A stretch of 64,000 nucleotides of DNA, taken from Euryarchaeota archaeon UBA251. GTDB taxonomy: Archaea; Thermoplasmatota; Poseidoniia; Poseidoniales; Thalassarchaeaceae. Positions 1 to 9,664 of this stretch are shown one piece after another; within the stretch, counting starts at the first letter, position 1, and every line of letters begins with the position of its first letter. Below the pieces are notes generated by a model. That model was not told the DNA's origin and searched no databases. It saw nothing but the letters and a program-made list of their open reading frames with translations. Where the stretch lies: NCBI GenBank assembly GCA_002497905.1, contig DAFJ01000085.1, positions 15,993 through 79,992 of the forward strand, given 5' to 3'. The translations under genes were made by a program, and so were the position numbers.

Positions 1-27
1 AAAACCTCACTCCCAACAGATGTCCGT

Positions 28-2157
28 ATGGAAGCGATTATTCTCCCATTTACATCGGGAGATGTCTCTGAATCATCCGATCGTCTGGTAATCAGCGCAA
101 TTATCCATAACGATGGAACAGATTCAGTTAGCATCCAAGGTTACGATGACTGTGACATCCTGTGGTCACTCGATGGTGGTACACCAATGGAATCAGGAAT
201 CGGATGTGGGGAAGATGTCACAATCGATGCAGGTGATTCTCACCACCTTGGTTGGATTGAGCACTCACTCAATGATGCGGTTATTTCGGGGACAAGATCA
301 GCAAGCGTGTGGATTATTGGAAACGACCCCTCAGCACAGATATTCAACTGGATTCATACCGTGAGTGAATCAACTCTCTCCGATGTAGAGATTAGTATCG
401 AATCTTACTCTCTCAGCGATTCTATGGCCCCTACAGCCTCTAATATCGATGTACGTGTCGTCGCGAAGAATATCGGTCCTGAGAAAATCATCTTGGATTA
501 CTCGGCATCTTGCGCGGCACCAATCTCTGTTCTTGATGAACGAGGCCTTTGGATGCATGATCAATCCGAGGCTGCGAACTGTGATGCACCACTCACTACA
601 CTCAACCTTCTACCTGGGGAGGAGACCGTTCTGTGGGCCGATGAAGTATCTGCTGTAGATACAAATGGCTGCGGTTGGATTGGTTCAAACATGGTAATGC
701 AAGTTAATCTCCCCCAAATTGGACAATCCTCGATGAGGGGCTTCGAGCTATTGGACGGGAACGCAGCACAGGAATGTAGAGCATCCAATCAACCAACTGA
801 TAATATCGTATTCTCTGTCGATGAGTTCGAAGTTATCGATGACTTGGTGGAGTTTGACCTCTCTCTCACGAACAACGGAGAATTGCCTATAGATTTCATC
901 TGGACAAGTGATTGTGCTATTCGATCAGAGTCGTCTCTAGAAGGGAACGAACAAAGTCCACGTTCAAGTACGCTCTCCTGCGAACTTGACGATTCAATGA
1001 TTCGACTAACAGAAGGTGATACCTTCATCTTCGAAGGATTATCTCACATACTCTCAGATGATGTATCGGGGGAACATACGATCCTCTTCACACTGCAGTC
1101 CGTTCCTGAAATCCAAACAAGTCTGACATTCACAATCGAAGACACAGAAGAAGCGGTAGAGGAAAACGTGGAAGTGGATGACGAAGAAGAAATCATGACT
1201 GACGAAGAAGAGACCATTTTGTCTGTGGAGATCATTGAAGGAACTTGGAGTAGGGTTCGCACCGATGATGGTGGTTGTTGGGTGCTTATCTCACCTGCAG
1301 GTGAGGAGAGAGCACTCGAGATGAGTAACGATGCTTCCTTCACCGCTGTCGATGGCGAACAGGGTGTCTATCGGACCGTCGAAGCAACGCTCAGAACCCA
1401 AACACACTGCGCAGCATGGGGGCCCGGATTCGTAATTGAGGAAGTTCTCAATCAATGGGCACCTACAGACGAAGCTTCCGTAACTAGTATGGAAAGTGAA
1501 GATAGTGAATCTACACTGTTTATCCAACAAATTGTAGCACCTGCAACAACTGTGGTCGTAACCACATCACTTCTCTCGATAATGTTGCTTTTCGTTGTAA
1601 ATACAGAATGGCTTCGAATTGGTTTGCTCAACGGTGGCCTCGCTCTGATTGGAATGGTGCGTCGACGTGACTACGATGGCGACTTCCAACGCGGACGAGT
1701 CGTCGGCTACCTCGTGGCAAACCCTGGTGTCCACTTCCGTGCTCTACTGGCTGCACTAGACATGAGTAACGGCCAATTAGCTCACCACCTGAAAGTTCTC
1801 GAGGAAACCGAAATGATTTGGCGCCGGAGAGATGGGCGTATGATGCGATATTACCCCTCCACCATTGATTCCAAATTAGATGAAAATGACCTCCCTGTAC
1901 CTCTCCTATCTCCTGATCCGAACTCTCTCCAAGGACGCATTCTTGAACTCCTAGATGCAACTGGTAACGATATCGTTAACCTAAGTCAGAAAGAACTCGC
2001 TGTGCGGCTAGAAAGTAGTCAGCAACTTATCAGCCACCATCTGAAGACCCTCGAAGCCTATGGTCTGATTGAACGCGACCGGGTGGGGATGCGTTTCCGA
2101 TACCGGCTCACACGTGAAGCGCTCTTCCTGCTCGAAAGCACCGACCTAGATGTGTGA
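28..2157 (+). CDS. Membrane-anchored protein with an acidic, Cys-containing repeated extracytoplasmic region, one TM helix and two C-terminal winged helix-turn-helix domains. It is a putative transmembrane transcription regulator. The reading frame is open back to position 1, so the gene may be 5'-truncated by the window edge.
   Basis: 709-aa ORF. There is a hydrophobic segment near aa 508-530 (IVAPATTVVVTTSLLSIMLLFVV). The C-terminus carries two wHTH-like segments (GYLVANPGVHFRALLAALDMSNGQLAHHLKVLEETEMIWRR and NLSQKELAVRLESSQQLISHHLKTLEAYGLIERDRV). The frame upstream of ATG 28 has no stop back to nt 1. Confidence 0.55.
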   Translation: MEAIILPFTSGDVSESSDRLVISAIIHNDGTDSVSIQGYDDCDILWSLDGGTPMESGIGCGEDVTIDAGDSHHLGWIEHSLNDAVISGTRSASVWIIGNDPSAQIFNWIHTVSESTLSDVEISIESYSLSDSMAPTASNIDVRVVAKNIGPEKIILDYSASCAAPISVLDERGLWMHDQSEAANCDAPLTTLNLLPGEETVLWADEVSAVDTNGCGWIGSNMVMQVNLPQIGQSSMRGFELLDGNAAQECRASNQPTDNIVFSVDEFEVIDDLVEFDLSLTNNGELPIDFIWTSDCAIRSESSLEGNEQSPRSSTLSCELDDSMIRLTEGDTFIFEGLSHILSDDVSGEHTILFTLQSVPEIQTSLTFTIEDTEEAVEENVEVDDEEEIMTDEEETILSVEIIEGTWSRVRTDDGGCWVLISPAGEERALEMSNDASFTAVDGEQGVYRTVEATLRTQTHCAAWGPGFVIEEVLNQWAPTDEASVTSMESEDSESTLFIQQIVAPATTVVVTTSLLSIMLLFVVNTEWLRIGLLNGGLALIGMVRRRDYDGDFQRGRVVGYLVANPGVHFRALLAALDMSNGQLAHHLKVLEETEMIWRRRDGRMMRYYPSTIDSKLDENDLPVPLLSPDPNSLQGRILELLDATGNDIVNLSQKELAVRLESSQQLISHHLKTLEAYGLIERDRVGMRFRYRLTREALFLLESTDLDV

Positions 2158-2239
2158 TGGGCTGGTAGAGCAGAACCTGTCCACCGGATTCAAGAACGGA
2201 AGGCCAATGGTTCATACCGAATCAGAGGAGCGGCGCACG

Positions 2240-5095
2240 ATGGTAGAGTATGAGCCGAATGCCATCGAACCGAAGTGGCAGTTGGCCTGGAAGGAGGCGG
2301 CGTCCTTCGATTCTGATGTAGATCACTCCAAACCGAAGTTCTACTGCCTTGAGATGTTCCCATATCCATCCGGACATATGCATATGGGACATGTACGCAA
2401 CTATAGCATCGGAGATAGTATTGCTCGTTATCGACGCTTGCGTGGATTCAATGTCCTCTACCCAATGGGCTACGATTCATTCGGTATGCCTGCGGAGAAT
2501 GCGGCACGTAGTAAGGGAGGGCATCCACACGACGTAACATGGGGCAATATCGAATCCATCCGAGCAGATCTCCAACGTATGGGTTTCAGTTACGATTGGC
2601 GCCGTGAATTAGCAACCAGCAATGCAGAATACTATCACTGGAACCAATGGATATTCCTCAAATTCTACGAAACCGGACTCGTTGAACGAAGGACTGCCCC
2701 TGTTAATTGGTGCAACGATTGCGAGACCGTTCTCGCCAATGAACAGGTCAAGAACAATCGGTGCTGGAGATGCTCTTCCGAAGTTGTCCAAAAAGAGATG
2801 GCTCAATGGTTTCTCAAGATGACTGCCTACGCAAACGAATTACTCGATGGGCTTGATGATATCGGTTTTCCAGAGCATGTCAAGGCAATGCAGAGAAACT
2901 GGATTGGCCGCTCTCATGGGGCAGAAATCCATTTTCCTGTCGTAGATTCAGACCATACTATCGCGGCTTTTACTACTCGACCTGACACTATCTTCGGAGT
3001 CACCTTCGTCACGCTCTCGCCTGAACACCCGCTCTGTGAAGAGCTCGTTTCAGGTACCGAACGAGAAGAAGAATTTCAAGCGCTGGCAGAGGAATGTGCA
3101 AAATTAACCGAATTCGAACGAATCAATATGCTCCGCGAGAAGAAGGGAGTATTCCTCGGGCGCATGGCCCGTAACCCTCTATCTGGTGAAGAAATTCCAA
3201 TCTACGCAGGGAACTTTGTGGTCGCATCCTATGGTACGGGGGCAGTCATGGCAGTACCCGCTCATGACCAACGAGATTACGACTTTGCTGAGAAGTATGG
3301 CATCCACATTCGTCGTGTTCTTAGCGAAAGTGAAGGATCGGAATCAATTACTGAAGGCAAGGCCTTCGAAGGACTAGGGTGGATGATTGGTTCGTCGAGA
3401 GAAGGTTTCGACGGCCTGTATGGTGACGATGCGAAACAGGCTGTAATTCGTGCGCTTGAGGCTGACGGAGCTGGCAAGGGGAGCACACAATTCAGACTCA
3501 AGGATTGGTTACTTTCTCGTCAGCGATTCTGGGGGACACCTATTCCATTTGTCCACTGTACAAAATGTGGCGTCATTCCAGTCCCCCAAGAAGAACTCCC
3601 CGTTAGGCTTCCTCTTGACGTGGTTTTCTCTGAAGAAGACAGTGGTAACCCACTTGGGTCACATACGGAATTTGTCCAAACAACCTGTCCCACCTGTGGG
3701 GGAGAAGCACGAAGAGAAACCGATACCATGGATACATTCTATGATTCCTCATGGTACTTCCTCCGTTTTTGCGATGCGATGAATGAGAAGGCCCCCTATG
3801 ACCGCGAGACGATTGACTACTGGATGGAAGGTGGAGTGGACCTATACATTGGAGGCATAGAACATGCAATCATGCATCTCCTTTACGCTCGATTTTTCAC
3901 AAAGGCACTACGAGACTTTGGAATGAACAAGGTTTCCGAGCCATTCTCACGTCTTGTCTGCCAAGGCATGGTCAACGCACCAACGCCTTACTGCACCTCC
4001 TGTAACGTAGAGCATCATGTGGATCTAACAGGGAGTGATTGTCCACAATGCGGAGAACTGCTCGGCTCACGTTCGGCGAAAATGAGTAAAAGTCTTGGAA
4101 ATACAGTGAGTCCAGAAATAATGATTGAGCAATTCGGTGCCGATACTGTCCGTCTATTCATTCTGTTTGGTTCCAATCCCGAAGCAGGCATGGACTGGTC
4201 AGATTCTGCTGTAGAAGCAAACCACCGTCAAATGCACCAAATTTTCTCTATGCTTAATCTCCTCGACGAGGTTTCCAATGAAGTCGGACCGATGGATGAC
4301 TGGTTAGCCGCGAAACGGCGAAGAAACATGCATAACTGGTGGGATGCGATGGATGATGTTCGCATTAGAGAAGGTGTTATGATCAGTCATTTCGATATGC
4401 TAACCGACCTCCAGTGGGCAATGCGCCGGGGTGGAGTTGGTTCAAAGGAATTGAAGAAACATCTCACAGTTTGGGGCACGATGCTGTATCCAGCGACGCC
4501 CCATATGGCTGAAGAATGGAATTCACATCTTGGAAATGATACAACTCTGGCAGAGACGATAATCAATGACCCTAGTATTGATGATGATGATGTCTTAATC
4601 CTCTCAGAAGAAAGTGCTCTCAAGGACCTTATCGATTCAGCACGGAACGTGAAGGGGCTTGCAGAGCGACACTCGGAGAAACCTGTTACTCGCTTGGTGA
4701 TTCAAACAACTCCAAATTGGAAACGGGAGCTCCTCATTGAGGCGCTAGATCTTGCTGATTCTGGATTCGACTTTATGCGAGAGGGCGCTGCGTTCATTCA
4801 GCAACACTCTACGTTCGCAGATGAATCGATGCGCGGTGAAGTGATGCAGTACTGGCGTGCTCTAACAATTGGTAGTAAGAAGACACGTGGCCGAGTATTT
4901 ACTCTACGAGATACTGAGAAAACCCTGATTCGTTCAAAGCATAATGAAACCGCGAGCATAAAGTCCGCCGCATCATTCATCGCTGAAGCCATAGATATCG
5001 AAAACATCGAGGTCTATGTAGCTGGAGAAGGAGAAGACGTCTCTGGAAAGGCACGATTTTCGGCTCCACTCCAACCAGGGCTCGCCTTCCTCTGA
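2240..5095 (+). CDS. leuS: Leucyl-tRNA synthetase, archaeal type
   Basis: Class I HIGH motif (PYPSGHMHMGHVRNY) and KMSKS motif (AKMSKSLGNTV) are present. The N-terminus MVEYEPNAIEPKWQLAWKE matches the archaeal LeuRS N-terminus pattern, so I placed the start at ATG 2240. The track ORF starts at 2150 and would overlap the upstream gene. Confidence 0.9.
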   Translation: MVEYEPNAIEPKWQLAWKEAASFDSDVDHSKPKFYCLEMFPYPSGHMHMGHVRNYSIGDSIARYRRLRGFNVLYPMGYDSFGMPAENAARSKGGHPHDVTWGNIESIRADLQRMGFSYDWRRELATSNAEYYHWNQWIFLKFYETGLVERRTAPVNWCNDCETVLANEQVKNNRCWRCSSEVVQKEMAQWFLKMTAYANELLDGLDDIGFPEHVKAMQRNWIGRSHGAEIHFPVVDSDHTIAAFTTRPDTIFGVTFVTLSPEHPLCEELVSGTEREEEFQALAEECAKLTEFERINMLREKKGVFLGRMARNPLSGEEIPIYAGNFVVASYGTGAVMAVPAHDQRDYDFAEKYGIHIRRVLSESEGSESITEGKAFEGLGWMIGSSREGFDGLYGDDAKQAVIRALEADGAGKGSTQFRLKDWLLSRQRFWGTPIPFVHCTKCGVIPVPQEELPVRLPLDVVFSEEDSGNPLGSHTEFVQTTCPTCGGEARRETDTMDTFYDSSWYFLRFCDAMNEKAPYDRETIDYWMEGGVDLYIGGIEHAIMHLLYARFFTKALRDFGMNKVSEPFSRLVCQGMVNAPTPYCTSCNVEHHVDLTGSDCPQCGELLGSRSAKMSKSLGNTVSPEIMIEQFGADTVRLFILFGSNPEAGMDWSDSAVEANHRQMHQIFSMLNLLDEVSNEVGPMDDWLAAKRRRNMHNWWDAMDDVRIREGVMISHFDMLTDLQWAMRRGGVGSKELKKHLTVWGTMLYPATPHMAEEWNSHLGNDTTLAETIINDPSIDDDDVLILSEESALKDLIDSARNVKGLAERHSEKPVTRLVIQTTPNWKRELLIEALDLADSGFDFMREGAAFIQQHSTFADESMRGEVMQYWRALTIGSKKTRGRVFTLRDTEKTLIRSKHNETASIKSAASFIAEAIDIENIEVYVAGEGEDVSGKARFSAPLQPGLAFL

Positions 5096-5142
5096 ATCCA
5101 TCCAAGGTGTTCATAGAGGGTCGATGAGAGAGAGAGATACCC

Positions 5143-6123
5143 ATGAATGAAACTGGCGAGGGCTCTGTTTGGGGGAAAGACGAGCAGACATGCCTTAGGG
5201 CAATTCAACGATTTGAGACCAAGAATCGAGCAATGGGGATCCCTGAAAACATAGATCCTGAACCACAAACTATCGAGATTGAGTGGCCTATCAGCCCCGT
5301 TCCTCTTAATGTTCAGAAAGCAGTAGGCAAGTTAATTGTAAAACGTGGTGAATTCGGATTTCTGGAAGAGGAACGTGTTGATGAAATTGCTAAAATCATT
5401 GAGGAATATCCCATTGGCTTAGAGCAGGCGCTATCACTCAGGGCCGCAATCAATCAAGAGAAATCTGTCTATTCACATCGTCGAATCATGGACCGAAAGA
5501 AAGATCTCAGACGTAGATACGATGACGGGACTGGAATTCTTGAACTTGCAAAATTAGTAGATGGGCCCCCGGTTAATGTCTTCAGAGCGATTCTAACCGC
5601 GAGAAATCATTCCAAGAATCAAATCAAGATAATGCTGAAGGAACCTAATCGTATGAACGAACGAGATCAGGAGCAATTTCGAATTGCTGAAGAAGCGGAT
5701 CGTGTAGCTAACGTCGATCAATCTGAGACCCATCTCGCTGCCGACCTCTTCGAAGACATCTTGTGCGATCACTTCGAATCCCTTGGTGTCCGATTTCGGC
5801 GTCAAGGGGAACTATCGAAGGAGCAGATACTCTCTGAAGGACGACCTGTCAGGACACCTGATCTCCTCTTTCTTGATGACCTCCGTATCAATGGAATTCC
5901 ATGTGCATGGATTGATGCTAAACACTTCTTCGGTTCTGCACTAAGCTTTCCACGTAAGAAGACACAGAAACAAGTAAATCGCTACACTGAAGCATATGGA
6001 CAAGGAGCGATTATCTATCGACACGGATTCTGTGATGGGCTACATCTGAGAGGTGCGCAGAAACTAGATGCAATGCCCGTAGATCTATCACGATTGATCG
6101 AACATAATGAATCTCGCTCATGA
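5143..6123 (+). CDS. TPD-motif protein resembling the CDIN1/C15orf41 family, a PD-(D/E)xK nuclease-like hypothetical protein
   Basis: 326 aa. The C-terminal region RTPDLLFLDD...INGIPCAWIDAKHFFG contains a TPD motif followed by D...D/E-x-K-like residues typical of the restriction-endonuclease fold. The N-terminal half is helical. Recognised from memory of the family signature only. Confidence 0.4.
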   Translation: MNETGEGSVWGKDEQTCLRAIQRFETKNRAMGIPENIDPEPQTIEIEWPISPVPLNVQKAVGKLIVKRGEFGFLEEERVDEIAKIIEEYPIGLEQALSLRAAINQEKSVYSHRRIMDRKKDLRRRYDDGTGILELAKLVDGPPVNVFRAILTARNHSKNQIKIMLKEPNRMNERDQEQFRIAEEADRVANVDQSETHLAADLFEDILCDHFESLGVRFRRQGELSKEQILSEGRPVRTPDLLFLDDLRINGIPCAWIDAKHFFGSALSFPRKKTQKQVNRYTEAYGQGAIIYRHGFCDGLHLRGAQKLDAMPVDLSRLIEHNESRS

Positions 6124-7122
6124 AATGGGACTCAATACTGTTTGAGCGCATTTTAGAGATGTGAGATTTACAAGAAGATTTTCCGCCTCATCCATTCGAT
6201 TTCCAGAACCTAATTCACGAGGCACAACAACAACACTTTCTCCAAGCATACAAAGCATCACTTCGATATCTTGCTCTATGGGCTTCAATGCCCAACGAAC
6301 CTCATCAAGTAAGGAAGCACGACCTGAATCCTCGATCAATCCAGATTGTTTAGCAAAACAATGCGCTGCATCGATTATCTCTCGCCAGCGAGTCGCATCC
6401 CATGGATTGTTGGACATTGTCTCCATGACCTCCTCTCCCGCGATTCTAATTCGCTGACTCCACCCTTCAGAATCGATGTACGTAGAGGTGTGCTTTGATC
6501 CGCTAGGCCGCCAAGCTAAGAGCAATGGAATCGAAGACGTCCAACCGTCAGAACGGCCTGGCCCCGTACCAACTACAACCGGTTCAATCTGGTCAATTTG
6601 GTGAGTCGCACCAGGTATGATTCGGCGAACTACACCACCTGCATGCAAGGCTGTAACATCTCCTAATCCACCACTATGTCGGCGTTCAACACGATGAGCA
6701 ATCGCCCATACTAGAGGCTCGTGCAAGTGTAAGGGTATATTTGAATGAGCAATCAAGCAACGTGCAGCGGTAATTGAGCCTGCAGCAGACAATCCAAAAC
6801 CCTGTGAAAAGGGTAATTCACAGACTAAATCGAATGTGTGATGCATCGAGTAAAGAGAAGAATCGAATCGTGCACATTCCTCAAGCACCAATCTATGAAG
6901 ATCAGAATCAATTGGTAACCCGTTTGAAATTACCATAAGACCTGATGAACGCGATGGGTCCGAACGACAGGAAGTGGAAAGGCCAGCCTCGATACAAAGA
7001 CCAATACCCATCGAACCCTGTTCATGGAGTTCTTCGGAATCAGAATGGACTGTGAAGGCCAAGGTGATGTGTCCGCCGCGTTTTGCGGTAGTTGTTACGA
7101 CGGCCATTGAGGCCACGCTCAA
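6118..7122 (-). CDS. GHMP-family kinase, candidate archaeal pantoate kinase
   Basis: 334 aa. A GHMP ATP-binding loop-like motif GFGLSAAGSITAARCL (compare GLGSSAA) is present. A phosphopantothenate synthetase-like gene elsewhere in the window (49285-50031) supports the archaeal CoA route. Assignment within the GHMP family is inference. Confidence 0.45.
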   Translation of the reverse strand: MSVASMAVVTTTAKRGGHITLAFTVHSDSEELHEQGSMGIGLCIEAGLSTSCRSDPSRSSGLMVISNGLPIDSDLHRLVLEECARFDSSLYSMHHTFDLVCELPFSQGFGLSAAGSITAARCLIAHSNIPLHLHEPLVWAIAHRVERRHSGGLGDVTALHAGGVVRRIIPGATHQIDQIEPVVVGTGPGRSDGWTSSIPLLLAWRPSGSKHTSTYIDSEGWSQRIRIAGEEVMETMSNNPWDATRWREIIDAAHCFAKQSGLIEDSGRASLLDEVRWALKPIEQDIEVMLCMLGESVVVVPRELGSGNRMDEAENLLVNLTSLKCAQTVLSPIS

Positions 7123-8013
7123 TCAAAGGACGATATCCAAATCACCAGAGAGGGATGCAAAGCGCTCTCCAAGTGATGCAGTTGCGAGTTCAAAGACTGT
7201 GCGGGCCTTCATTGAACCGTCCGTTTCGTAGCTCAGGATGTATTCCCCTTCGATATCTTCGAGAGTAATCGCAGCACCGAAATCTCGGCCTAGATCGGTA
7301 CTTGGGCCAACATGATGGAGCTCTGCGCGAACCTTGTCCACCATCTGAATATCCTCGATGCGTCCATTCTTTCCGAAATCCTTCTCGGTGACCGTTAGTC
7401 CAAGCCCCCATAGGGACTTGGCTGCTTTCTTATCGGAAAGGACTGCATGCTGACGACTCTGGAAGGTAATGCCGCATACAGGCTGCCACTTCACATGGTC
7501 CCGGCCATATCCCTTCTTGGCCTTAGCTGTGAGTGAAATCATCTGACCCGTGTATAACTTAGTGATAGTGATATCACCAAACTCCTCTGGGATGGAGAGT
7601 GATAAATCGCCGAAGACCTCCAGATCTCTTGCCTTGACAGCGCGCCCCTCTGGGGTTCCTTTGACATTACAAGTGTAGACGATGTTACACATTGGGCAGC
7701 CGCGTTGCGACTCAACCATGTCCTTGCAATTAACACACTCATCTTCAAACGAGAAATCCTGAGTATCGGATGGAATAGGAGTCATCGCAAGTCGGTGAGC
7801 AATTACTTCGTCTGGAATTGGTCCAACTGTCTCCCAAATCTGATCATCGGCGACTTCGGTTGATTGTGTGAAGCGAACCTGATGAATCGCCATCTTAGGG
7901 GTGTCCGCAATCATGGTTCGACGGAGCGCATTCACAGCTGCGTGATCCGTATCCTTAAGCAGAATTCGAATCCGGTTATCCTCTTCTTCAATAATCTCGC
8001 AATCCATTTCCAT
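7123..8013 (-). CDS. rpoD: DNA-directed RNA polymerase subunit D (Rpo3)
   Basis: 296 aa with a recognisable Rpo3/RpoD fold, including a Cys cluster (CVNCKDMVESQRGCPMCN). It sits directly downstream of S11, as in the conserved archaeal S13-S4-S11-RpoD cluster. Confidence 0.85.
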   Translation of the reverse strand: MEMDCEIIEEEDNRIRILLKDTDHAAVNALRRTMIADTPKMAIHQVRFTQSTEVADDQIWETVGPIPDEVIAHRLAMTPIPSDTQDFSFEDECVNCKDMVESQRGCPMCNIVYTCNVKGTPEGRAVKARDLEVFGDLSLSIPEEFGDITITKLYTGQMISLTAKAKKGYGRDHVKWQPVCGITFQSRQHAVLSDKKAAKSLWGLGLTVTEKDFGKNGRIEDIQMVDKVRAELHHVGPSTDLGRDFGAAITLEDIEGEYILSYETDGSMKARTVFELATASLGERFASLSGDLDIVL

Positions 8014-8019
8014 TCCTCC

Positions 8020-8403
8020 TCATACTCGGCGTCCTCGTCGTCCGCCTTTCTTCTTCGTCCCATCCGTTGGGATAGGAGTGACATCCTCGATGCGTGTGAT
8101 AGTCATACCTGCACGAGTTAGAGCACGAATTGCCGAAGTTGCGCCAGGTGCAGAAGGTGAACGATTGCCACCAGCACCACGGTACTTCACAATTAGTTGA
8201 TCGAACTCTTTCTCAGTGAGCATCTCAGCAATTTGTTCAGCGGCTCGAGTTGAGGAAAATTGTCCGCTCTTAGCAGAACCCTTGCCAACAACAATGCCAC
8301 CAGAAACCTTGCAGATTGTCTCAGCACCAGTCAAATCAGTAGCTGTAAGCAAAATATTGTTGTGAGAACTGAAGATGTGAACTATTGCCTTATGACCCAT
8401 CAT
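8020..8403 (-). CDS. rps11: 30S ribosomal protein S11 (uS11)
   Basis: 127 aa. Typical uS11 sequence (GIVHIFSS.NNT.LT.TD.TG..I...SGG; [23 protein letters not shown]). Confidence 0.9.
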   Translation of the reverse strand: MMGHKAIVHIFSSHNNILLTATDLTGAETICKVSGGIVVGKGSAKSGQFSSTRAAEQIAEMLTEKEFDQLIVKYRGAGGNRSPSAPGATSAIRALTRAGMTITRIEDVTPIPTDGTKKKGGRRGRRV

Positions 8404-9080
8404 TCATCGCCTCCTTCCTCAACTACTGCATCGGCTTCTGCAGCATCCTGCTTGATTTGGTCTACATCGGTCTCAGTCCACTCGCGTGTGTCTGGGATTG
8501 CTTCTGGGTCCTCTTCGACGTCGCCACCAACAGTCTGTCTTCGACGTTCCATCTCCTGACGCATTGAGTGGTCCGGATTATTGAACTTCGAAGTCGGGTG
8601 GTAAGCGATTTCTGCCTCCTCCTGACGTAGGACGTGGTAACCTGGAACGTTCATCCTCTGGTTGCCCAGAACAATGTGGCCATGGACAATAATATTCCGT
8701 GCAGCGCGCATAGAAGGGGCGAATCCCTTGTAGTAAACTTGGGACTGGAGTCGGCGATCAAGCATATTCTCGACGTTGATCTGTAGAACATCATCTAATC
8801 CTGCTTCCTCCGCAATGAGGCCTTTACGATGCATTGAGGAAAGGAAATCTCCCTTTTCTCGCATAAAGTGGCCTTCTGTAGTATCGACTCGACCAATGAG
8901 CTTCATAGCAAGTTGGCGATGGCGACGAAGGGCACTCTTAGCACGCCAAATCTCCTTCATTCCACCAATACGCTTCAAGCCGTACTGTTCCTTGAGAGCA
9001 TGCTCTTCTTCAATTCGCTCAGCCTTCCATGGGTGAGTAGGGGTCTGTGTCTTAGGACGTGAAAACTTCGGTTGGCCCAT
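8400..9080 (-). CDS. rps4: 30S ribosomal protein S4 (uS4) with an unusually acidic C-terminal tail
   Basis: 226 aa. The N-terminus [26 protein letters not shown] is uS4-like. There is a 4-bp overlap with the downstream S11 gene. The C-terminal roughly 45 residues are strongly acidic ([11 protein letters not shown]...[12 protein letters not shown]). Confidence 0.85.
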   Translation of the reverse strand: MGQPKFSRPKTQTPTHPWKAERIEEEHALKEQYGLKRIGGMKEIWRAKSALRRHRQLAMKLIGRVDTTEGHFMREKGDFLSSMHRKGLIAEEAGLDDVLQINVENMLDRRLQSQVYYKGFAPSMRAARNIIVHGHIVLGNQRMNVPGYHVLRQEEAEIAYHPTSKFNNPDHSMRQEMERRRQTVGGDVEEDPEAIPDTREWTETDVDQIKQDAAEADAVVEEGGDE

Positions 9081-9092
9081 TCAATCCCCTCC

Positions 9093-9557
9093 TCAAACCT
9101 TCTTCCTCTCAACACCGAGTGTCAGACCACTGCGGCCATTGCTTCGAAGACGCTGCCCGCGAACCTTGTGACCACTTCGGTGGCGAAGACCACGGTATGC
9201 CTTCATCTCGGCAAGACGGGCGATGTCATCGTCCCGTGTTAGTTTGACTTCAAGAGAAAATAGGTGTGCGTCCTCATTGGTCTCTAGATCGCGCTCTCTG
9301 TTGACAAGCCAGCCAGGGACAAGAGAGGGGTAAGTATCAATCGCGTTACGGAGACGATCTTGCTCAGCATCATCTAGATGACCACCTAATTTGCTGGGAT
9401 CAATCTCTGCAAGTTGACAGAGGCGTCGCGCAGTACGGCGGCCAATGCCCTTTACATTCGTCAATCCCATCCCAATCGGTCGCACGCCATCAATGTCAGC
9501 ATCTGCGATTCGCAGGATGTACAGGAAATCTTCTCCGAAGTCGTTCTCGGTACTCAT
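9093..9557 (-). CDS. rps13: 30S ribosomal protein S13 (uS13)
   Basis: The track ORF 9093-9611 begins at a TTG. Homology to archaeal uS13 (EDFLYILRIADADIDGVRPIGMGLTNVKGIG) begins at the internal ATG, which I located as cat at 9555-9557 (MSTENDFG...). Confidence 0.85.
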   Translation of the reverse strand: MSTENDFGEDFLYILRIADADIDGVRPIGMGLTNVKGIGRRTARRLCQLAEIDPSKLGGHLDDAEQDRLRNAIDTYPSLVPGWLVNRERDLETNEDAHLFSLEVKLTRDDDIARLAEMKAYRGLRHRSGHKVRGQRLRSNGRSGLTLGVERKKV

Positions 9558-9624
9558 TTCTACGGTTCCCCCGTGTTCATCGGTCACCCGATGGCCCTTA
9601 CGGGCAGCCAACCGACTTGCCCCC

Positions 9625-9632
9625 CATATATG
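9625..9632 (-). promoter_or_regulatory. Candidate archaeal TATA box for the S13-S4-S11-rpoD operon
   Basis: The palindromic catatatg lies about 68 nt upstream of the S13 ATG, in the 107-bp gap between S13 and the upstream methyltransferase gene. No other AT-rich box is in the gap. No TSS data are available. Confidence 0.3.
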
Positions 9633-9664
9633 AATGGAACGATGCAGACCACCGATTTAGAGGC

